A stretch of 64,000 nt of DNA from an uncultured virus (IMG/VR IMGVR_UViG_2695420475_000006) (taxonomy: Duplodnaviria > Heunggongvirae > Uroviricota > Caudoviricetes), in the IMG/VR virus record IMGVR_UViG_2695420475_000006; one strand, given 5' to 3'. Of the stretch, positions 48,260 to 57,289 are shown piece after piece. A program made the translations under genes and the position numbers. Within the stretch, counting starts at the first letter, position 1, and each line of letters starts with the position of its first letter. A model generated the notes under the pieces. That model did not search any database, was not told the origin of the DNA, and saw only the letters and a list, made by a program, of their open reading frames with translations.

Positions 48260-49504
48260 ATGAATCCCAAGGAAAAGCTCGCAGCGCTGATCAAGGCGGC
48301 GCGTGAGGTGGCCGAGAAGGCCAAGGGTGAGAACCGGGCACTGACCCCGGAAGAGCAGACCGACCTCGATGCCAAGATGGGCGAGATCGACCAGCTCAAG
48401 TCCGACATCGCCGCCGGCGAGAAGTCGGCCGCGACACTGGCCGCGCTCGACGCAATGGCCGGCGAGATCCCGGGCGACGTCCAGCCGGGCGGTGACGAGC
48501 GGGGCGCGAAGTCCCTCGGCGAGCACTTCGTCAAGCACGCGCATGCGAGCATGATCGAGAAGAAGGGCCAATCTAACGTCACTGTCGGGGCGCCCGAATA
48601 TCTCGGCGCGAAGGCCGCGACCGATAGTCACGTCGTCGGCGGCTGGACCGACGGTGTGCCGTATCTGACGGATTTCGATCGAACCATCGTGCAGGCGTAT
48701 CGAATTCGCCTTACGATCGACGACCTTCTCGCGCAGGGCACAATCTCGGGCAACGCCATCTCGTATCTCGTCGAGGACGCGATGGAAGGCGACGTGGCAC
48801 CGGTCGCCGAGGGCGGGGCGATGCCACAGGTCCACTTCGTCAACCCGACGCAGAGGACCGACGCACTCAAGAAGATCTCTGGATTCATCGACCTCACCGA
48901 CGAGTTCATTGACGATGCCGACTTCCTCAAGTCGGAAATCGACACCCGCCTGCTCTACCGGCTGGCGTATGTCCAGGAGCAGCAGCTGCTCAACGGCAGC
49001 GGGGCCGGGCAGAACATTCTCGGTGTGCTGAACCGGTCCGGTCTGCAGACCGAAACCTCGGCCGGCCCGGAGGACAACTTTGAAGCCATCTTCCGCGGCA
49101 TGACCAAGGTGGACACCAACTCGGGGTTGCCGGTAGACGGTCTGGTCATCCACCCGAACGACTACCAGAAGTTCCGCCTGTCCAAGGATGGCAACAAGCA
49201 GTACTACGGCGGCGGCCCGTTCGCCGGCCAGTATGCCAATGGCGGCGGAATCACGCTCAAGCCGCCGCTATGGGATCAGAAGACGGTGATTACCCCGGCC
49301 ATCGCTGAGGGCACCGTGGCCGTGGGCTCGTGGAAGCTGGCGGCGACCGCGTACCGCAAGGGTGGCGTTCGCGTCGAGGCTGCAACGCAGCATGCGTCGA
49401 ACTTCACCAGTGGCAAGGTGGTGATTCGCGGCGTGGTCCGTCGGGCTCTCGCTGTTCGCGTGCCGCTCGGCTTCTGCAAGGTCACGCTCGACTGGACCCC
49501 GTAG
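48260..49504 (+). CDS. Major capsid protein (HK97 fold, N-terminal delta domain)
   Basis: Coiled-coil N-terminus, VAEG, LLNGSG, IHP.D...L.KD.N.QY. Confidence 0.93.
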   Translation: MNPKEKLAALIKAAREVAEKAKGENRALTPEEQTDLDAKMGEIDQLKSDIAAGEKSAATLAALDAMAGEIPGDVQPGGDERGAKSLGEHFVKHAHASMIEKKGQSNVTVGAPEYLGAKAATDSHVVGGWTDGVPYLTDFDRTIVQAYRIRLTIDDLLAQGTISGNAISYLVEDAMEGDVAPVAEGGAMPQVHFVNPTQRTDALKKISGFIDLTDEFIDDADFLKSEIDTRLLYRLAYVQEQQLLNGSGAGQNILGVLNRSGLQTETSAGPEDNFEAIFRGMTKVDTNSGLPVDGLVIHPNDYQKFRLSKDGNKQYYGGGPFAGQYANGGGITLKPPLWDQKTVITPAIAEGTVAVGSWKLAATAYRKGGVRVEAATQHASNFTSGKVVIRGVVRRALAVRVPLGFCKVTLDWTP

Positions 49505-49515
49505 TAGACCGCTGA

Positions 49516-49559
49516 GCGCTGTTGCGGCACTGGGGAATCCCTCGGTGCCGCAACAGCGC
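49516..49559 (+). terminator. Long GC-rich hairpin after capsid gene
   Basis: GCGCTGTTGCGGCAC.../...GTGCCGCAACAGCGC 15-bp perfect stem. Confidence 0.65.
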
Positions 49560-49595
49560 AGAGTGTCACATCCCCCATCAATCGAAGGAGAAGCA

Positions 49596-49802
49596 ATGGC
49601 CCTGAAGGAATACACCCTGACCACGGTCCACGGGAGCGAGACGACCGTGCAGCTGGATGCCGAGGATGTCGAGCGCTACGGCGATCGCGTCAAGCCCGTC
49701 GGCGCGAAGTCCAAGCGCGCGGCGAACAAGGCAGCGACACCCGAGAGCAAGACGACGCCGCCGCAGAATGAGGGCGCCGGATCGTCCGAGCCGAGCGCGT
49801 AG
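49596..49802 (+). CDS. Small virion-associated protein
   Basis: AAGGAG RBS; TTVQL...D...Y, ANK motif. Confidence 0.7.
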   Translation: MALKEYTLTTVHGSETTVQLDAEDVERYGDRVKPVGAKSKRAANKAATPESKTTPPQNEGAGSSEPSA

Positions 49803-49808
49803 GGTTCT

Positions 49809-50357
49809 ATGCCCGAACTCAAACCCGCCGATGTCGAGCAGTACACGCGAGGCCGGCTCGACAAGACGGACGCTGAGACCGAGCGGCTGCTGGCCGTGGG
49901 ACTGTCCGCTGTGCGGCAGTTCTGCGGCTGGCACGTCACCCCGGTCAGGGAAAACCACGAGGTCGAGTTGGACGGGCCCGGCGGACGCCTGCTGGCCCTT
50001 CCCACCCTCAGACTCGTTACACTGACTGAGGTCACCGAAGACGGTAAGACGCTGGATGTTTCGGGCCTATACGTGTCCAAGCGCGGGCTAGTACGCAAGA
50101 AGAGCGGTGGCTTTTGGTCGCCGCATTACGGCGCGATCACCGTGACCATGGACCACGGCATCGACGATGACGATGCCGGCGCATTCAATGCCGCGGTGCT
50201 CTCATTCATTGATCGCATGTCGAAAGCCCCGACAGGCGGCGATCCGATCGCGGTGGGGCCATTCCGCTGGGCCGAGCAGAAAACCGTTTCCCGGACGGCG
50301 TTTTCCGCTACGGAGCTGGCAATCCTGGAGCAGTACCGCCTGGAGAGTCCGGCATGA
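49809..50357 (+). CDS. Head-to-tail adaptor
   Basis: Position; VR.FCGWHVTP, LALPTL, IL..YRL. Confidence 0.8.
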   Translation: MPELKPADVEQYTRGRLDKTDAETERLLAVGLSAVRQFCGWHVTPVRENHEVELDGPGGRLLALPTLRLVTLTEVTEDGKTLDVSGLYVSKRGLVRKKSGGFWSPHYGAITVTMDHGIDDDDAGAFNAAVLSFIDRMSKAPTGGDPIAVGPFRWAEQKTVSRTAFSATELAILEQYRLESPA

Positions 50358-50668
50358 GCGAGCAGGTGATCCGCCACCGCGGCGGCGGCCGCGACGAGAA
50401 CGGTCAGCTGACCCAGGCAACCGACACCACCCTGATAGCCGTCGCCGTGGCACCCGGCAGCGGCTCGCAGACCGGGCAGGGACACCGCCAAGAGCGGGCG
50501 CGCAGCGGCGAGGACATCGCGTGCACGGTCTACTTCAACCCCGGCACCGACCTGATCAACAGCGACGAACTGACGGTGCGCGGCAAGCGGTATCCGATCA
50601 TCGTCAACGACTGGATGCTCTCGGGGCGCGGCGGCCTGGAGGTGCTGTGCACCCGGGGGCAGGGCTGA
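50354..50668 (+). CDS. Head-to-tail stopper
   Basis: Position; D.L.VRG..Y motif. Confidence 0.75.
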   Translation: MSEQVIRHRGGGRDENGQLTQATDTTLIAVAVAPGSGSQTGQGHRQERARSGEDIACTVYFNPGTDLINSDELTVRGKRYPIIVNDWMLSGRGGLEVLCTRGQG

Positions 50669-51039
50669 TGGCCTTCGTACTGGATCAAGAGGGCGGCGCC
50701 GAAGTCCTCAAGGAACTCGCCGCGACCGCGATCAAGGATCTGGCAGACCAGATTGCCGATGACATCGGCGAGGGCGCCAAGGTCAAGACCTACACCACCG
50801 ACCGCGCCGCGGCCACGGTGAGTGTGCCCGCCGAGATGCAAGCCAAGGATGGCGTGCTCACCCGTGCCGCCGCGGCGGCCGGACTGCAGGTGCGGCCCAA
50901 ACCCGCCGTCGAGAAGCGCAGTCGCGGTAAGAGCCGCAAGGCGCGGCCGGAGGCCTCACCCGCGCAGGCGAAGGTCTCCGGCGATGCAAACGAGGCGTGG
51001 GTGGCTGCGCGGCGGGCACAACGCAAGGCGGGCCGGTGA
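50668..51039 (+). CDS. Neck/tail completion protein
   Basis: Position; QAKDGVLTRAA motif. Confidence 0.7.
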   Translation: MAFVLDQEGGAEVLKELAATAIKDLADQIADDIGEGAKVKTYTTDRAAATVSVPAEMQAKDGVLTRAAAAAGLQVRPKPAVEKRSRGKSRKARPEASPAQAKVSGDANEAWVAARRAQRKAGR

Positions 51040-51431
51040 CGCTGCCTGCGGTGCGAGAGCCCGTCGACGTTGCGCGGCTGATCAAGGACTGGCTCAAGGC
51101 CGATTTGGCGGCCCGGTTCCCTGAGCTGTCGGTGCGTCTGGAGCTTCCGGCCAATTGGGCGCTCGGGTCTCCCCCGGTGCTGCTGGTCGCCGACGACGGG
51201 GCCACCTTGGACATGTGGCCGGCGGCAACCGACCCGACCATTCGCGTCACGTCATGGACATCGGGCCGCGAGACGAAGTACGCCTACGCCGCGATGCCCC
51301 GCTTGCTCACCACCCGGATTCCCGGCCTCGCCGCGATCCTGCCCGGAACCGCGTTCCTCGAGGCGCGCGACTCCAAGACCGGCGGTGACCTGATCTCGTT
51401 CACCGTGCGCACCCGAGCGCGCACCCGATAA
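51036..51431 (+). CDS. Tail terminator
   Basis: Position before major tail gene; V.DDG motif. Confidence 0.7.
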   Translation: MTLPAVREPVDVARLIKDWLKADLAARFPELSVRLELPANWALGSPPVLLVADDGATLDMWPAATDPTIRVTSWTSGRETKYAYAAMPRLLTTRIPGLAAILPGTAFLEARDSKTGGDLISFTVRTRARTR

Positions 51432-51453
51432 CCGCGCAGAAAGCGCACCGATC

Positions 51454-51482
51454 AACCCCGTCAAATCTGGCGGGGTTTTTTG
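51454..51482 (+). terminator. Intrinsic terminator
   Basis: AACCCCGTCA-AATC-TGGCGGGGTT followed by T tract. Confidence 0.75.
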
Positions 51483-51525
51483 TTGGCCCGCAAGGGCTCT
51501 GGAGCCCTTAAGGAGGGAATCAACA

Positions 51526-52341
51526 ATGGTTGCAACCATCAATCCCGATGCGACTGTCATCCCGGACAAGGCCGAGGTCTGGCTGATACTGAAGCAGGAT
51601 GTGCCAGGCGACAACATCACCTCCCTGATCCCGACGACTGCCACCGAAGACCCCGGAACCAAGCGCTGGGAGTTCTCTGGTCTGATCGACGACAAGAAGG
51701 GCATCCCGCTCGACCCGTCTGGCGAGGTCAAGGAATACGACGGGTTCGGGCACCCCTCGTTCCGTATCAAGTTCCGCAAGGGCAAGCTCAAGAGCGGTTT
51801 CACCGCGCTGGAGTACAACGCCGTTACCCGCAAGGTCGTCCTGCCCGGGTCCACACCCGACAAGCTGGGCATCCCCAAGGATGTGCAAATCTACGTGCTG
51901 TACCGGTACGTCGATGAGGACATCACCCGCGTGTGGGTGGCGCTGCGCCCCGCTTTGGCCGAACTCAAGAGCCACGGCGGCATTGTCGACGGCGAACTGT
52001 CATTCGCGGAAATCACCGTGCATCACACCGCCGACGCGAACGGGGATGTGTTCAAGTACCTGGACAGCAGCACCGCCGATGATGTCACCAAGACCTTCAC
52101 CATCGGCGCGGGCGTGACCGCCTACACGGCGACAGTGGGTGATGACACCACGGTCTCCCTCACGGCGAAGACGGCGTACGCGTTGCAATCGGCGTTGCGG
52201 GACTTGCACTCTGTGCAGGCACTCGATGCGCCCGGCGTGACCGTCGAGGGCCCCGACGGCGGTCCGTTGGTGGCCACCTTCACCGGCCCCGTCCCCGCGG
52301 TCTCGGCGACCGGAACCGGCGGCACTGTCACGGTCGAGTAG
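51526..52341 (+). CDS. Major tail (tube) protein
   Basis: Position, AAGGAGG RBS, FTALE motif, C-terminal extra domain. Confidence 0.85.
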   Translation: MVATINPDATVIPDKAEVWLILKQDVPGDNITSLIPTTATEDPGTKRWEFSGLIDDKKGIPLDPSGEVKEYDGFGHPSFRIKFRKGKLKSGFTALEYNAVTRKVVLPGSTPDKLGIPKDVQIYVLYRYVDEDITRVWVALRPALAELKSHGGIVDGELSFAEITVHHTADANGDVFKYLDSSTADDVTKTFTIGAGVTAYTATVGDDTTVSLTAKTAYALQSALRDLHSVQALDAPGVTVEGPDGGPLVATFTGPVPAVSATGTGGTVTVE

Positions 52342-52440
52342 GCGAAAGCACCCGCCCCGGACGCGAACCGACTCCCGCGTCCGGGCTGGGGCTCCACCTT
52401 CGCGAGTCGGCCCCCTCCCCCTATAGTCAAGGAGTCGAAC

Positions 52441-52770
52441 ATGACCGCACCACGTAAGAGCGCACCGCGCAAGGCGATTCCCGCCAATGCGCCCAAGCCG
52501 CAGGATCGCAAGGCCAAGAAGAGCGCGGCGATTCGTCAAGCCGAGGCCGATGGATATGTAGACATCGAACAGAACGGGATCACGTTGCGAATCCCATTCG
52601 GCGAGGCAGTGCCCCTGGAGGCCTATATGAAACTCAAGGACGGCGACGAACTCGGCGGTACCGAGCTGCTTCTCGGGTCCGAACAGTGGGCGGCGTTCCT
52701 GGCAACGAACCCGACCGTGGGAGATTTCGCCGCGATCGGCGCCAAGCTGCTGGAGCTGTCGGGGGAATAA
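52441..52770 (+). CDS. Tail assembly chaperone (G)
   Basis: Between major tail and TMP; ends in slippery GGGGGAA-TAA. Confidence 0.85.
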   Translation: MTAPRKSAPRKAIPANAPKPQDRKAKKSAAIRQAEADGYVDIEQNGITLRIPFGEAVPLEAYMKLKDGDELGGTELLLGSEQWAAFLATNPTVGDFAAIGAKLLELSGE

Positions 52771-53147
52771 TCGGCCTCTTGAGTCTGCTCGACGAGCACG
52801 GCGACGAAATAGAGGCCGACCTAGCCCAGTATTACAACGGACTTGATCTCACCGACTTGTACCGCGGCACACTGTCTATCCGCCGTCTCGGTGTCCTGGT
52901 GCGCCAACTGCCGCCGCATTCGCGCACGGTAGCGGCTGTCAACGACGGTCAGTCAGGATGGACGATCACCGATCACCTGATCGCCGACGTGTGGGCTGCC
53001 ATGGTCAAACTACTCGGCGATCAGGACAAGACACCCGCCGACATCGACCATCCGACGCGCGCCGCAATGGTCGCCAAAGCCGTTGCCGCAGCGAAGGAAA
53101 CGCTCAAGGCAATGTTCCTCAAACGCAAGAGCGGATATGCCAAGTAG
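52761..53147 (+). CDS. Tail assembly chaperone frameshift extension (GT)
   Basis: -1 frame continues GIIGLLSLLDEHGDEIEADL.QYY.G.DL. Confidence 0.8.
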   Translation, partial: GGIIGLLSLLDEHGDEIEADLAQYYNGLDLTDLYRGTLSIRRLGVLVRQLPPHSRTVAAVNDGQSGWTITDHLIADVWAAMVKLLGDQDKTPADIDHPTRAAMVAKAVAAAKETLKAMFLKRKSGYAK

Positions 53148-53186
53148 CTACCTACCTGTGAAACCTGTTGTGGAGGTGAGACATAC

Positions 53187-55697
53187 GTGACAACCATCGG
53201 GTACGCGACCTTGCAGATCATCCCGGCACTGCGGGGCGTGACCGAGGCGATCGACCAGCAGATCGACGGCAAGGTCGTCAACGTCTCTATCACACCCAAG
53301 GTTGACCAGAAGGCCGCCGACACCGCGGGCAAGCAGGTCAAGGACACTATCGAGAAGCAGACGACCGATGTTGCGGTCAAGCCCAAGGTCGACCAGCCCG
53401 CCGCGGAGACCGCCGGCAAGCAAGCCAAAGAGACGGTCGAAAAGCACACCGGCGATGTCAAGGTCACCCCGAAAATCGAATCCGCGGCAATGGTCAGCGC
53501 GGGTGCCGAGGCGGGCGAGCGGGCGGGCCGCGCCATCGGCGAGCAGATCGCCAAGACCATACCCGCCGGGATGCCTGGCATTGCAGGGTCGGTCGGCAAC
53601 ATTCTGCGTAGCGCCCTTCCGGGACTGGGGTCGATAGTAGGCGCGGGCACCGGCGCAGCCATCGTGACGGCGATCCTCGATAAGGTCAGCAAAGGCAACT
53701 ACACCAAGGCCGGCGAGTCCATCAAGCACAGCCTTGTTGGCGCGGTGGACAAGGCCAACGTCGGCACCGATATCGCCATCCGGCTGGGCAATTCGCTCTC
53801 TGGAGGCCTGTCCAAGGCGTCCGACAAGATCACCGCCGTCACCGGCTCGATCACCGGCAGGATCAGTGAAGTCGGCAATGCGCTGACCACCACCAAGGAA
53901 CTGATCGGCGGGGACGACGCCTGGGGTGCGGGGGCGATCGACACGCTGAACAACGCCCTCGGCACCGCAACCCCGCTGCTGGAGGGGATGAACGCTGCCG
54001 CGGTGCTGGCCTCTGCTGGGGCGAACGCGATCGCGTTGGGCACCAAGGCCGCTGCTGCTGCGCAACGGTTGTGGAACCTGGCGATGACTGCCAACCCCAT
54101 TGGCTTGGTGGTGACGGCTATTGCCGCATTGGCTGCTGGAATCATCTACGCGTACAACCACTCTGAAACCTTCCGCAAGATCGTTGACGCCGCGTGGGCG
54201 GCGATCAAGGTTGCCGCCGAGGCGGTCGTGAAATGGTTTATGGACACCGCCTGGCCGCTGCTCAAGCGGGTGTGGGAAGGCATCGGCGACGGCTGGAGTT
54301 GGCTGGTCACCAAAGCTGGCGAGGTCTGGACCGGCGTCAAGGAGAAGTTCACGGCCATAGTCGATTTCGTCAAAGGCATGCCCAGCGCTATCACCAACGC
54401 AGCCAAGGGCATGTGGGACGGGCTCAAGAACGGCCTGGTGACGGTGCTCAACTGGATCGGCGATAAGTGGAATGCGGTCGCCGACACCCTGTCTATCGAG
54501 GTCGGCGGCACCAAGATCAGCGCGATACCGCACATGCCCAAGTTCGACGGTGGCGGCTACACCGGCAACGTGTCGGCCCAGCAGATCGCGGGCGTGGTGC
54601 ATGGGGACGAGTTCGTTATCAAATCCAAGTCGCGCAAGGGGATTGAGAATGCCTACCCCGGCCTGCTGGACTACCTGAACAACCAGGGCAAGCTGCCCGG
54701 ATATGCCGGCGGCGGCCTGGTCGCCGGGACCTCGCAGCTGCGCAAGATCATCAGCGAGCGATTCGGAATCTCCGACATCGGCGGCTGGCGGCCGGCCGAC
54801 AAATACGGGGAGCATTCCACCGGCCGCGCCCTGGATGTGATGACCAGTGACAAGGCCAAGGGCGATGCAGTCAAGGACTTCGCCGTCGACAACGCCTCGG
54901 CCATCGACCTGAAATGGGCGATCTGGCAACAGAAACTCTGGTACCCGGGCGGAAGTTCGCAGAAGATGGACGACCGCGGCAGCCCTACGCAGAACCACAT
55001 GGATCACGTGCACATCTTCTCCGGGCCCGGTATCACCAATGGCCTGTTGGGTGCGCTCAAGTCCAAGGGCGGCGAGACCGGACAGGGCGTAGCCGCGGGC
55101 GTCAACCCGCCGGTCGGCGACACCATGGTCTCGCCCGGCGGCACGGAAGCGGTGAGCGCCGCTGCTCCGGGTGGTGGCACATCCTCCGCCGGCGGCGGGG
55201 GTTTTACGCTGCCGTCGTCCATCGCCGGACTGTCAGGGATCGGGCTGGCCGGTATGGGTGTCAAGTCGCAGATGCCCGGTCAGCCAGAGCGCACATTCGA
55301 GTTCGGCAACGCAGCTGCCGCGGCGGTCGGCGGACAGGTGTCCTCGGCGCTCGGGGTGCTCGGTGTTCCTGATTCGCCGGGCTGGCTCAAGGGAATCTCC
55401 CAATTCGTCAGCGGCATATCCATCGGTGGTGGTGGTTCCGGTGGCGGGCTTGGTGGCGCACCCGAGGGAGCAGGCCCCGGCGCCAGATTCGGCGGCGCGA
55501 CCCCCATTGCCGCGTCGGCCGCTGTGCCGGCGCCCGCAGCGCTTCCCGCGGGATCTGCTCACGGCGCGCAGGCGGGGGCCCGGCCGGGGCCGGTCTTCAA
55601 CACCACCATCAGCGCGTTCAACACCAGCGATGCCGTGTCGATTATGCGGCAGCAACAAGACGAAATGGCGGCGGCGAAATTGGGTAGGTGGTCATAG
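53187..55697 (+). CDS. Tape measure protein
   Basis: IGYATLQIIP start, AAQ.LWNLAM.ANPIG, W-periodic amphipathic repeats, GGYTG..VH.DE. Confidence 0.92.
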   Translation: MTTIGYATLQIIPALRGVTEAIDQQIDGKVVNVSITPKVDQKAADTAGKQVKDTIEKQTTDVAVKPKVDQPAAETAGKQAKETVEKHTGDVKVTPKIESAAMVSAGAEAGERAGRAIGEQIAKTIPAGMPGIAGSVGNILRSALPGLGSIVGAGTGAAIVTAILDKVSKGNYTKAGESIKHSLVGAVDKANVGTDIAIRLGNSLSGGLSKASDKITAVTGSITGRISEVGNALTTTKELIGGDDAWGAGAIDTLNNALGTATPLLEGMNAAAVLASAGANAIALGTKAAAAAQRLWNLAMTANPIGLVVTAIAALAAGIIYAYNHSETFRKIVDAAWAAIKVAAEAVVKWFMDTAWPLLKRVWEGIGDGWSWLVTKAGEVWTGVKEKFTAIVDFVKGMPSAITNAAKGMWDGLKNGLVTVLNWIGDKWNAVADTLSIEVGGTKISAIPHMPKFDGGGYTGNVSAQQIAGVVHGDEFVIKSKSRKGIENAYPGLLDYLNNQGKLPGYAGGGLVAGTSQLRKIISERFGISDIGGWRPADKYGEHSTGRALDVMTSDKAKGDAVKDFAVDNASAIDLKWAIWQQKLWYPGGSSQKMDDRGSPTQNHMDHVHIFSGPGITNGLLGALKSKGGETGQGVAAGVNPPVGDTMVSPGGTEAVSAAAPGGGTSSAGGGGFTLPSSIAGLSGIGLAGMGVKSQMPGQPERTFEFGNAAAAAVGGQVSSALGVLGVPDSPGWLKGISQFVSGISIGGGGSGGGLGGAPEGAGPGARFGGATPIAASAAVPAPAALPAGSAHGAQAGARPGPVFNTTISAFNTSDAVSIMRQQQDEMAAAKLGRWS

Positions 55698-57101
55698 ATG
55701 ACGGTCGCGACGATCACGCTTGAATCGTCCAACGGCGACTCGGTGGTGGTGTCCGCACCCAACGATGAGTACCTGCTCGATGACATCGTGCTCGACACCG
55801 ATCCGAAGGGTATGTACGACACCGGGTTTACGATGCGCACCCAGTCGGGAGCGTTCCAGCCCGGCGGGCGGCCGGTCGGCGAAGAGGTACCGATCCGCAA
55901 TCCGATTCTGCCGTTCTGGCTGACCCCAGCGTCCCGCCCTCGGTTTCAAAAGCTCTGGGGCACCCCGTACAACCTGCACAAGGTCAAGTGCACATGGGAC
56001 GGACCTTCGGGCCCGCGGTTCCTGTATTTGAAGCTGGCCAAGGAGATTCAGTACACAACCGAGGATGGTTTCGACGCTGATATCGACAAGGTCTATCACG
56101 CGGTGGTCTCGGCGAACGCCTATAACCCGATGTACGAGGGCGTCGAGGATGTTGCCGTGTGGACCAATCCCGGGAACTTCACCGTCTACAACGCCGGCTC
56201 GGCGGGCACCTACAAACTCGGATATGCCCATGGGGCGACCGTGGATAAGACCGCAGACCTCGCGGTCGATGCGGACATTGCCGCCATCCAAGCCGCGCTG
56301 GAGGCACTGCCGTCCCTTGGGCCTGGCAACGTCACGGTGACGGGCACGCCCAAGCAGTTCACGGTCCGTACCCCGATCACTCATCCCGGCATGCTGACCG
56401 TCGACGGCGGCGGGCTGGCGCCACTGGCGTTCTCCATCACCCTGGGCACGCTGTCGTACACCATCACTATCGGCGGCCAGACCACCGCGCCAATCTCCTT
56501 CATCTCGTCAGCGACCTCGATTCGGCAAGCCATCGAGCAGCTTTCGAACATCGGGACTGGCGGGGTGTCGGTCACCGGCACCTTCTTCGGGTACGTGCTG
56601 TCGTTCACCAGCGGACCGCTGGCCGGGTTCCTGACGGCGCTGTTCACGGGCAAGACCACCGCTGTTGCGCCGGTGATCCGGGTGGTGGCCAACCCGAACA
56701 CCGGATGGTTCGACGTGTGGAATCCCACTGATCAAGACCTGTGGCCCGAATGGGAGCTGGACCCCGCGATTCAATGGCAGTTCCCGGACTTTGCATTCGG
56801 TCAAGAACGCAAATGGAACCGCCCGGTGGGCGCGGATGCGGCCCGCATGATCGTGACCCCGCAGCTGACCCAACTACTGTCCGTGATGTCTGACCCGTTC
56901 ATGGATACCTACGTGTCTGCGGACCTGTCGAATGCCGCTGGCCTGTTCAACGGGGTTGAACCGCTCTATCCGGTGCCCCAGTACACCGGCACCGCCGATG
57001 ATCCGGTGGTGGTGCCGGTCGTGTGCCAGGGCCCCTCGGGAGCGAAGGCCACCTTGCGGCAGCGCCGTTTCTGGTCAGCAGAAAGCGGACTTGAGGCGTG
57101 A
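55698..57101 (+). CDS. Minor tail protein (distal tail-like)
   Basis: Follows TMP; NPTDQ..WPEW; two internal IQAALE.L..G.G.V.VTG repeats. Confidence 0.8.
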   Translation: MTVATITLESSNGDSVVVSAPNDEYLLDDIVLDTDPKGMYDTGFTMRTQSGAFQPGGRPVGEEVPIRNPILPFWLTPASRPRFQKLWGTPYNLHKVKCTWDGPSGPRFLYLKLAKEIQYTTEDGFDADIDKVYHAVVSANAYNPMYEGVEDVAVWTNPGNFTVYNAGSAGTYKLGYAHGATVDKTADLAVDADIAAIQAALEALPSLGPGNVTVTGTPKQFTVRTPITHPGMLTVDGGGLAPLAFSITLGTLSYTITIGGQTTAPISFISSATSIRQAIEQLSNIGTGGVSVTGTFFGYVLSFTSGPLAGFLTALFTGKTTAVAPVIRVVANPNTGWFDVWNPTDQDLWPEWELDPAIQWQFPDFAFGQERKWNRPVGADAARMIVTPQLTQLLSVMSDPFMDTYVSADLSNAAGLFNGVEPLYPVPQYTGTADDPVVVPVVCQGPSGAKATLRQRRFWSAESGLEA

Positions 57102-57289
57102 GGGTAGCGATCGCAGGTGCCGCCGTAGCGTTCCTCATTCAGTCCGCTGCGCTAGCCGCTGGTGCGTTGTGGGCGGGCTGGTGGCTGCACAAGTCCGCAG
57201 CAGATCTTCTGAGGACACCACAACCGAAGGTGCCACAGGGAGGCCCGCAGCTCCGCGTCGTCGGCAACTCCAGTGAAGTTCAACGATGA
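57098..57289 (+). CDS. Small membrane protein
   Basis: Hydrophobic N-terminus; 4-bp overlaps at both ends. Confidence 0.55.
   Translation: MRVAIAGAAVAFLIQSAALAAGALWAGWWLHKSAADLLRTPQPKVPQGGPQLRVVGNSSEVQR

Noticed and set aside
53148..55013. 621-aa minus-strand ORF and similar long antisense ORFs
   Set aside because: Antisense shadows of real genes, expected in high-GC DNA.
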